A DNA stretch of 60,000 nt from NCBI GenBank assembly GCA_028534125.1, contig CM052817.1, positions 25,546,001 through 25,606,000 of the forward strand, in the 5' to 3' direction. Under the pieces are notes generated by a model. It was not told the DNA's origin and did not search any database. It worked only from the letters and a program-made list of their open reading frames with translations. Made by a program: the position numbers and the translations under genes. The DNA is from Lama glama. Lineage: Eukaryota. Shown here in pieces: positions 12,841 to 22,241 of the stretch; the first letter of the stretch is position 1; the number at the start of each line of letters is the position of its first letter.

Positions 12841-14257
12841 CTGTGCAGAGAAAGGGACACAGACATTACAATGAATGTTAAAAGTAAGGGTGGCATTTTT
12901 ATCTCATTGATTGTATTTAGAAAAAAGACCCAGAAATGTCCCAAGTCTTCCTCTCCAGATTCCTGAAAGAGCTACTCATATGATGAGAAATGTTTCAATG
13001 AGAATCCAAATTCAAATCCAGATAACATACCTGAGCCAATGCCTAACATCTCAAAACAGAACTATGCCGTAAAACGTCAATTGAAGTAAAAGCAGTTTGG
13101 GCTTGGTTCCAGTGGGGTTCCCTACTTATTCCTAAGCCAGAATCAAAATCTGGGGATCTTTCTACCTTCCACCCAACTCTAGAGTTCAAGGAAGCCATGG
13201 TCAGCATCGTCAGGCATGGGGCACAGAGAGTGTCCAGAGAGACAAGGGGCAGAGATAGGACTCCGTGCATGAACATGAGTGCTTAACACACAGTGAAACC
13301 ACCACAAGCAAGATGGACGTTGTTCCTGTTTCCTTACCAAAAGCAACCAGCACAACAGATTTACATTTATAAAACTGCCTGTCTTCAAGCATTTAATGAA
13401 AGCATGGCTTCCGTTTTCTATCTAGCTGAAATCATTGACTCAAATATCTCCCATTTGCCCAACCTCCATCTTGCCCTTTCATTTAGAGTCCTTATTGGAA
13501 GCACTCAGTTTATGAAACTATCATTATTTCTGTAATTAAGAAGTCAAAGTGTCATACACACAAGGAACTGATTTTTAGGTACTTACAGGAGCTATAAATT
13601 GTATATACCAAACTTGCTAGATCAGTGAAAAATCAGTATTTTCTGTGAAAGTCCTATGATCAGCACTAAATCTCAACTATAGTAGAGCCTCAAAACTGTT
13701 TTACTACCAAGTAGAATTATTAATTTGCAAACGTGGTCAGTAAAAGGATGTTTTAATTTGAAAGTATAAAAGTATTTCTGGTGGGTTTATGTAAATTTTT
13801 ATGATTATGATAGGTTTAGCCTCACCTCATATGATTCAATGCACCAATACAGGTGAATTGCCTCTGTTTGGAGACTTCGGGAGCATCAGGTCAGGACTTT
13901 GACTTGTCTTAATGGCCAATACTCATGCAATCAATCTGGCCATTAAGTTCAGTCCTGCAAATATTTATTGAGAGTCTTCTTTGCACCAACTAGCTATTAA
14001 CCACAGGCTGAAAGGATCAGAACCAGCTCAGGAGCTTTTCTGCTTTGTTTCCTCTGTGGTTTTGTGAACATTTGCTTTCTGTTGTAAAGTTGCACTCACT
14101 TTCAACTCTTTGAATCAAACTGGGTGTAGCCTGGGAAACATTTTCAAAGCCTACCATGCCACCTGACTGGTAGAGCAACCCAGAGCATTTTCAGTGGTTT
14201 GAGAAAACAGAAAAGAATAGCTCACGGGAACAGCCCAGAGAAAAAACTCAAATGAAC

Positions 14258-14336
14258 CTGCCCCTAAAAACAAAGGTGGTGTTCAGCAGCACTGACTCCA
14301 GGAGTAATTTACCTACATCCCATTGTCCTCGGCATC
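14258..14336 (-). other. TLR1: Possible alternative TLR1 5' non-coding exon
   Basis: Similar to the optional human TLR1 UTR exon as I recall it (ttactcc.ggag...tgctgctg...tgttttt...cag). The splice sites here are weak (CAG|GTTCAT). Confidence 0.4.
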
Positions 14337-14716
14337 CTCATGGCCAAGAGACTAAGGGAGAGGACTGGATGAAGAGCAATGCCACCTGAGATCAACAACT
14401 AGCATCTCTGTAAGAAACCTTTGAGGAGACACTTATGACCCAAAATTCATCTGCCAACCCAAATATGTCTCTCAAAAGCAAGTCACGCATGAGATGAGGT
14501 CCATTCAAGAGAAAAACACACACAAAAAAACCCTTTCTCTGACTTAGGACAAGGAGCTGATAAACAAATGCTAGTTCGAATCACACTGAGTACACATCAG
14601 AAATAAGCCACTTAGAAAAACACCCAGAACTTAATCATAGAAACTTGTGAGATTTTTGTGTCTAATAACTAGTAATACTATTATTTTCTTTTGTAGTTTA
14701 AAAAGATATCACCTAC

Positions 14717-14825
14717 CGAGATGGCCTGTCCTTCTGTCATGCTGGCAGTCTGTAGGAAAATCAAGTACTTCCTCAAATATTTATTTGGTAACCACATTTA
14801 ACGTTGCAGAGGGGGGCGGGGAAGC
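14717..14825 (-). promoter_or_regulatory. TLR1: TLR1 exon 1 and TATA-less core promoter
   Basis: The minus strand reads acagactgcc...ctcg|GTAGGT (donor 14716-14711), resembling the human TLR1 mRNA 5' end. GC box GGGGCGGGG at ~14813-14821. Confidence 0.7.
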
Positions 14826-15069
14826 TCTTTTATGCCATCTACTGAATCCCACCGAAATTACACTATACAGTCAGTGTAAACCTGCTTTCTCCTATTCATC
14901 TGTAGAAAACCGTCTGGTTAATTGATAAACCTGCATTAAAATAGGTCCACTTCTTTGTGGCTCTCCATATTCCACTAGTCAGCTGACTATTGTCCACACT
15001 AACAAAGTGAAGGAGGTGCTGTTAATAACCCACAGTTGATTTATTGGCTGAATTCAAAATGCTTATCTT

Positions 15070-15246
15070 AACAAGATTACACTGTATAGCACAGGGAAAT
15101 ATACACAAAATGTTATGATAAATCACAGAGAAAAAAATGTGACAATGAGTGTGTATATGTCCATGAATGACTGAAAAATTGTGCTGAACACTGGAATTTG
15201 ACACAACATTGTAAAATGATTATAAATCAATAAAAAAATGTTTAAA
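15070..15246 (+). mobile_element. Young L1 3' end inserted in the TLR1 upstream region
   Basis: L1 3'UTR plus A-rich tail. Perfect 14-bp TSD AAAATGCTTATCTT at 15056-15069 and 15247-15260. Confidence 0.85.
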
Positions 15247-15913
15247 AAAATGCTTATCTTGTAGCTGTGCTGGTGAAGGTGGGAGTACCGGTCTGAAGTA
15301 TTTCAGGTGGTTTGCTTTCCTTGTCTTTTGATCAAGCCGCTATTAAAGATGACTGAGAGTGGAACGAGGGAGGGGTCAAGATGTACTTTTTGCTAAAACT
15401 CATTCATAAAGAGAGAGCACTCATGTGCTAATATAAAATGCATGCTAATCACGTCTTTTCTGACAAATTGGTTTTCAGAGAAAATCCGGTGCTCAATTTT
15501 TTCTTCCATGGATATTTCAAACTTTCTTCAAAAAGTGATTTTTAAAAAATCTTCATGTGACAAACATGCCATCTAACAATCTCTTTCCTTGGATAAGGTC
15601 CAAGACACTTCCTGTGGGTTAGTTGTTGTCAGCACACGCAAGAAATCCAACCGGATAGCTCCACTCTTGTCTCTTACAATAACAACAACAGTAACAAAAC
15701 AACAAGACAAATAAAGCTAAGAAATGCTAGCTGTCTTCCTCTGAGCTTGTGCTCAGCCTAATACTGCATGATGTCCTGTCACAAGCTGGACTCAATTCTT
15801 GCTGGAATCAGCTTTTCTACCACAGTGAGCAAGGCCAACTTCCCTAAACTAAGAGCCTTGAGATTATCTTTCACTTCAATATTCTGTCTTTCTCTGTTTC
15901 CTCCTATACCCTC

Positions 15914-16296
15914 TGTGAGCTGGCCTTGAGATGAGTTAAGGCCGTGGGACCCAAGGCCACAACTACAGAGCATGTTCGTAGTATGCAGTAAATAATTGCT
16001 CCACGCAGGCGTCAATTATATAAGATTTAGAACAAAGAAAATAGAAGTACGCATGTGCTAGAGATGTTCTGTAAGCCTAATGAACAAAGAAACTCAGACT
16101 GCGCATGTGCTGACAGAAAACAGATAAAAGCAGGACGGGTGCATCATAGGCGCGCACCTCCCTGTGGCAATAAAGTGTTGTTAACCCCGTGGTGTCTCTG
16201 GCTGAAGTCTGTCTGGCGGTATGGCAACTCCTTGTGCATTTTTTCATTGGGGCCGCTCACCTCCTAGAACACCACGTCAGCCTCCCTCAGCTGACA
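15914..16296 (+). repeat. 5' LTR (383 bp)
   Basis: TGTGAG...CTGACA termini and ~96% identity to 22242-22670. TATA-like GATAAAA at ~16122, AATAAA at 16169-16174, NRF1-like TGCGCATGTGC at 16100-16110. NR5A motifs TGGCCTTGA and CCAAGGCCA lie in U3. Confidence 0.95.
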
Positions 16297-16298
16297 CT

Positions 16299-16316
16299 TG
16301 GCGCTGTGAGCAGGAT
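16299..16316 (+). promoter_or_regulatory. Primer binding site, tRNA-Ser(CGA)
   Basis: TGGCGCTGTGAGCAGGAT is the reverse complement of ATCCTGCTCACAGCG-CCA, the 3' 18 nt of mammalian tRNA-Ser(CGA) as I recall it. It starts 2 nt after the LTR. Confidence 0.88.
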
Positions 16317-16364
16317 GAGGTGAGTTCCCCCTCTGAACCCCCTGCCCCTGACAGGGATGCTTTG

Positions 16365-17735
16365 ATGGAAGCAAAGTGGCCCCCTACCTCTGTATGGTAC
16401 CCGGTGGCAGCCTATTTGCTGACGTGGGCTCAGCCTGAGGATTGGGACACAGTGGCGCCCCGGCCAGATGACATCCAGAGGGCGTTGGAGCTGTTAGAAA
16501 ATAAAGTCCCATTAGCCCACCGAGAGGCAGCTGGGAGGGTAGCCTAGATGTTCTTATCTGTTTTACGGCATGCTAGCCAAGACATGAGAGATTTACAGAT
16601 GCAAGTGGAGGAGTTGCAGTGCAGAGAAGAGGAGCTTAAGCAGAGACCCAGCACAGCAGAAAGGTGTCTGCATGGTCCTAGCCCCGCCGCCTCTGAGAGC
16701 AGCTATGCCTGTGTAGCTCCGGTCCCACCATCTCCGAGAGTGATAAGCCCGGCCCCTAGCCCCATTCCACTACGTCTATGGCCCATGATGAAGCAGCAGG
16801 TGGAAGTGGAGGAGCCTATGGCTCAGGGGGGAATTCCTGCGGGGCCATGGCGAGTGACACGGCAAACCACCTATACGTCCTACACATCAATAGAATTGAG
16901 AGACCTGGCAAGGCAATGCAAGCAGCGTACGGGTGAGTCAATCCCCGCATGGTTACTGCGCCTTTGGGATGATGGGGCTGACCAGACCGCGCTATCTCCA
17001 AAGGAGATGGGCCAGCTGGCCAGCATAACAACTGTCCCCTCACTGCGGCAGAGGCTGCAAACTGTTCCCCACTCAAATGCTGATGCTGGCAACCATACGC
17101 TGATAAGTTGGTTAATGGCTGCTGTACGTACTGTGTGGGAAAGTGCAGGGGATTTGCCTAAACACGTGAGTAAATGGACCACGTATTTGGACTTAGCGCA
17201 AGTTGTCCGGGAAATGGGCATGCGCCAGATGATGTTTTCTTTGCATTTCCATAGTCCGGATGATGAGCTCCTTACAGCTCGAATGAAAGATTTGATTTTG
17301 GCTAATGGCCCAATGGGAATGTTTGGGACTATGGCGGCGCTACTAGCACCGTATGTAGACCGCCCCATACATGAAGTAACTGAGGCTCTGGCTCATCTGG
17401 GGGACATAGAGGTGTGCCGAAAGGGGGTACGTGCTGCGAAGACTCAAGGTGAGTCCAAGACCCCCTCCTTCCATGCAGTGACTCAGAAAGGGAAGTCCAC
17501 GCAGAGGAGGAAAAAGGGGAATGCTCCAATTTTGGGAGGGCCCCAAAAGCTAGATCGCCGACAGATATGGTGCAATTTACTGGCAGCTGGCCTGGACCGT
17601 GTAAAATTAGATGGCCAGCCACTGGGGGTGCTGATGGCCTTATGGAAGAAATTACGGCCTGAGCAGCAATATACTCCATTGCCAACCTCCCATCGGGCCC
17701 GAGAGGTGGCCTTTGGTGATTTCCTCCCGGACTAG
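16365..17735 (+). pseudogene. gag: ERV gag (ERV-L/Fv1-like); single premature TAG at 16545-16547 leaves a 395-aa ORF at 16548-17735
   Basis: MEAKWPPTSVWYPVAAYL...GRVA*MFL, a coiled coil and a Pro-rich linker. The capsid motif YTSIELRDLARQCKQRTGESIPAWLLRLWDDGAD is typical of class III Gag, and a basic C-terminal region lacks CCHC. Confidence 0.88.
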
Positions 17736-18096
17736 GAGGAAGGCCAAGGTGTTCAGGACATGGGGCACCCCGATGGCCAGAGGCCACATGTTGAACTGAC
17801 TATCCACTGGCCCCCCATGAATAAGCAGCAAGTGCTGGCACTAGTAGACACAGGAGCTGAAATTACATTGATGCATGGAAATCCAGAGTGTTTTCAGGGA
17901 CCATGGGTTGATATAGAAGGATATGGAAACAAGCAAATGTGTGTTTAATGAGTGACTCTGATTTGGGGCATTAGCCATCTGCCCCCTGCTGCGTATGAAC
18001 TGCATATCTCCCCAGTAGCTGAGTACGTTCTGGGGATAGACATTTTGCAAGGATTGCAAATACAGATGACTCAAGGGGAATTTCACCTGAGAGTTC
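17736..18096 (+). pseudogene. pro: ERV aspartic protease, in frame with gag after TAG
   Basis: RPHVELTIHW...LALVDTGAE...YVLGIDIL (DTG catalytic motif and GxDxL). Tandem stops TAA TGA at 17946-17951. Confidence 0.9.
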
Positions 18097-21078
18097 ATGG
18101 TGAAAACAGTTATACGGGGACACCCTCATCACGCACCTTTGATTTTGCCACAGGCCACACGAGTGGTGAATGTCCAGCAATATCAATTGCCCAGAGGCCA
18201 TGAGGAAATAGGACAGACTATTCTGAAGCTTGAGGAAGCCGGCATAATTCGGGCTACACATAGCCCACATAACTCTCCAGTATGGCCGGTGCGGAAGCCA
18301 GATGGCTCCTGGAGGATGACAGTGGACTATCGGGAATTGAATAAAGTCACTCCCCCCCTGCATGCAGCTGTGCCGAATATAACCTTTGATGGACCGATTA
18401 TCCCATGAACTGGGTACTTGTCACTATGTGGTTGACCTGGCTAATGCATTCTTCTTGATAGACATAGCCCCTGAGAGCCAAGAACAGTTTGCCTTCACCT
18501 GGGAAGGCAGACAATGGACACTTGTTGTGTTGCCGCAGACTGTGCCACGGCCTGGTGGCCCAGGATCTGGCTACATGGAGCAAACTGGATACTGTTTGTT
18601 TGTTCCATTATATTGATGACATAATGCTAACCTCTGATTCTCTTTCAGATTTGAAAACCAGTGCCAGAGCACTGCGAGAAGCCCTGGAAGGCTGGGGGTG
18701 GGCCGTGAACGAGGACAAAGTGCCAGGACCTGGATATTCTGTCAAATTCTTGGGTGTTGTCTGGTCGGGTAAGACAAAAGTGCTGCCTGAAGCAGTAACA
18801 GACAAAATCCAGGCATATTCCCACCCCAAGATGGTTAAACAGTTACAGACTTATTTAGGTCTTCTGGGATACTGGCGGGTGTTTATTCCTCATTTGGCCC
18901 AAATAGCTAAACCCCTATATAAGCTGACTAAAAAGGGAGAAGTCTAGAACTGGTCTGATGAGACTGAATGTGCATTTGTTGAAACTAAGAAGGCAGTGGC
19001 CCAAGCACAAGCACTGTGTACTATAAGATCCAGACCTCCCTTTCTGGTTGACTGTCCATGTGGACAATGATGGATATGGCGGGGGCTTATGGCAGAAACA
19101 TGGGCAGCGGAAAGTGCCCATAGGATTCTGGTCTCAGTTGTGGAAAGGGGCTGTCATTATTCTCTGATTAAGAAACGGTTGCTAGCAACTTATGCATCCT
19201 TGATTGCCACTGACGGGGAGGCAAGAGGTCCAAGTGCAGACTACATACCCTATTGCAGGATGGGTACAGACATGGGCAAAGCAACCCCGATCGGGAACTA
19301 CCCAAACCCCCAACTCTGACGAAGTGGGGTGCTTATTTGGAACATAGAGTCCAGTACACCGCTAGCCCCTTGGCTGCAGAGCTGCAGCAGGTGTTAGGGC
19401 CTGTGAGATTTGTTGCACCTGATGTACAGACACTCCCTCAACAAGAGGTGGACCCTGTGCCCAGTCCCTTTCGTGAAGGGAAAGGGCCACCCCCGGGAAC
19501 TGCTTGGTATACAGATGGATCTTGTAAGGGCAGTCCGCCCACTTGGGTTGCAGTAGCACTGCACCCTGCCACTGAAGCCTTCTGGTATGAGACCGGAGAA
19601 GGCCAATCCAGTCAATGGGCTGAGTTACGGGCAGTATGGCTGGTGTTGATGAATGGACCTAGCCTTTTGCAGATTTGTACAGATAGTTGGGCCGTATATC
19701 GAGGCCTTACATTGTGGATACTCCAATGGGCCCTGCAAGACTTGATGACTGGGCACTGGCCCCTATGGGGACAACAGATGTGGAAACAGTTATGGGATAA
19801 AGGCCAAGAAGGTCAGTATACTGTTTACCACGTACCAGGGCACTGCCTGGCCCTGGCACAGGCAATGGTGCTGCTGACGCACTAGCCCAACTTCGCCCTA
19901 TACAGGCCGTGGTTCTAGGACCCGACATAGGTCTCTGGCTCCATAAGAAACTTGGTCATGTTGGCTCACACACAATGAGACAGGCAGCCGACTGGTGGGG
20001 CCTGCACCTGAGCCATAGTGAAGCCAAAGATGCCGTGTGGCAGTGTCCATGGTGTGCTAAGCACCACCCACACCGGCGGTGATGGCCCCAACAGATGGGG
20101 AAGATTGCATGGGGAATTCAGCCATTGCAGGTATGGCAAATAGATTATGAAGGCCCCTTTGCTTCTAGTACAGGCTTGCGGTACCTGCTGACAGCGGTAG
20201 ACACCGCTACTGGTCTAGGTTTTGCTTATCATGTGCCCCGAGCTACACCAGACTCTACTATTAGAGCACTGGAAGTTTTATGGGCCTTTTATGGGACTCC
20301 CTTAGAAATACAAAGTGATAGAGGGACCCCTTTTACTGCCCAACAGACCCAGGAATGGGCCAAGGAAAATGACATTAACTAGATATTGCATGTGCCTTAC
20401 CATCCTCAAGCAGCAGGAATGATTGAACGGTACAATGGCCTATTGAAGGACAAACTGAGGGCTCTCAAACCACAAGGGCGAGGCTGGAACAGTGTCTTGC
20501 TACAGGCGGTACGTCTTTTGAATGAACAACCTCGCCGTACAGGTATGAGCCCACTGGAAAAGTTATTGCAAGGGACTATTCGGAGGCTCAGAGTTAGGCC
20601 TGTGCAGAATGCCTCCGATGTCTCAATAGCGGGGCACATGTTAGTATTACACGCCCCCAGGGTGTTGAACTTGGGAAAACAGGACACCTGGACATGGAAG
20701 AGTCAGGTCCAGACTGAAGGCCCCTGGCTAGCCCTTTTGGAACCATGAGGTGATGGGCTAGAGAAAGCCCTGCAGGTAACCCCACGAGTGGGGGAATGGC
20801 CTTTTGATGTGCAGGGTACTCTAAGGAAAACAGAAGTGTCCCTACTTAAAGGAGCAGAAGCACTACGGCTTTGGGCAATTCCAGTGATAGCTCCTGAAGC
20901 TCTCCCAGAGTGTAACCAACCTAGTGTGGGCAGGCTGGTGTGGTACCACTGCCCAGGACGAATAGCCCTTCCTGCCACTGTACTCTCACAGGATGAGAAA
21001 GTGGCTTGCATCCTCCCAGAAGGGAGAGATTTGCTAATCATGGTGTCCACCTCTGCTCTGTCCTTCCGTCCAGGTTAA
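18097..21078 (+). pseudogene. pol: ERV pol (RT, RNase H, integrase), multiply frameshifted and stopped
   Basis: [37 protein letters not shown] (followed by a short deletion) and HYIDDIML. RNase H: YTDGS, QWAELRA, TDS. IN: HHCC finger (HKKLGH...CPWC), WQID, VDT, QSDRG and GMIERYNG. Confidence 0.93.
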
Positions 21079-22232
21079 CAGCAAATACCATGTTCTCCTG
21101 AGCACACACATTCACGCGAGTCCATAACGTCTCTCACTGTTGGGTCTGTACTGAACTTCCCGTAGACGCAGGAGATGGACTGATGTGGCACCTCCACCCC
21201 GCGTCCAGAGCTAATTGGAGCACCTTGATTTGATGGAATGCCAACAGGACAGCGAGATCGCCCTGGGACTTGCAGCGGCAGACTATTGAAGAGATACTCC
21301 GACGTGAGTGGCACAATGCCCCCCACTCCCCAGTTGGAAGGACTGTGTGGAATGAGTGGGGATGGATGAATAGTGTTCATGTAAAAGTGAGAAATTAAAG
21401 CCCCCTCTATATTGAGCAGTGGTTTGAACACGAGGCTCCAAACTGCATAGTGGGGTGGCTCCCAGAAGAGCTATGTGCCAAAATTACTTATAATATAAAT
21501 GCCTCCACCTGGTGGGATGGACGACCTTAAATTGGCACAAAACCCACCAATTTCTTGCCACCAGGGTACCTGTGGGTATGTGGCACCCACAGATGGTCTT
21601 ATCTCCCGGCTAAATGGACAGGGTGCTGTACTTGGGGTAGAGCTTAATTGCCTGGACATATCCGGCCCACTTTAACAGAGCGCCCCACAAACTGGGACCC
21701 ACTGCACACCCGGTGGCACCAGGGAAAGCGTGCAGCTTGATGGTTTTATCCTATGGCCCTGTTCCTGCCTGGTGCTGGGACCATCAGTGTCGAATTGCAG
21801 GTAGAAGCCTTGGCTCAGCACATATCAGCTGTGCTGAATGTTACTAGGAGAGCTATAGAGGAATTGTTAGATGAGACTATCCAGATGTGAAAGGTGGTCT
21901 TACAAAATAGAATGGCATTAGATAATCTCACTGCAAGCCAGGGTGGCACATGTGCTATGTTACATATTGAATGTTGTATCTATATACCAGGTCACCAGAA
22001 GGAAGTAGCTAAGGTACTGCATGAAATAGGTCAGGAATTGGATTGCATAGATTATGTAACTCAAGACCCCCTTAAAAATTGGTGGTCATCCTTGATGCCC
22101 TCCTGGAGATGGAGCCTAACTGTCCTGGCTTTTGTAGCTGCCTGTGTATTGGTAGGATGCTGTACTCTGTATTGTTGTTGTGGTTTTGGGGCACAATGCT
22201 CTGCCCTATGGGCTAGGGTCCCCACGACCTAG
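21072..22232 (+). pseudogene. env: ERV env, gamma-type, one frame with 7 internal stops
   Basis: SU CWVC (21138-21149) and LWVCG..WSYLPAKWTGCC; degenerate furin site QGKR (21720-21731); fusion peptide. ISD LQNRMALDNLTASQGGTC, CX6CC (CAMLHIECC), TM helix and a Cys-rich tail. Confidence 0.9.
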
Positions 22233-22241
22233 GGGGTGGAA
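22231..22241 (+). promoter_or_regulatory. Polypurine tract
   Basis: AGGGGGTGGAA immediately precedes the 3' LTR TG and overlaps the env stop. Confidence 0.85.

Noticed and set aside
15852..15864. AGAGCCTTGAGAT matching the 3' LTR repeat junction, 50 bp left of the 5' LTR
   Set aside because: Only 13 bp with no extension on either side, so probably chance.
16816..21431. Antisense ORFs within the provirus (e.g. 16880-17368, 21075-21431) as an accessory gene
   Set aside because: Short shadows of coding frames, mostly non-ATG starts, with no motif support.
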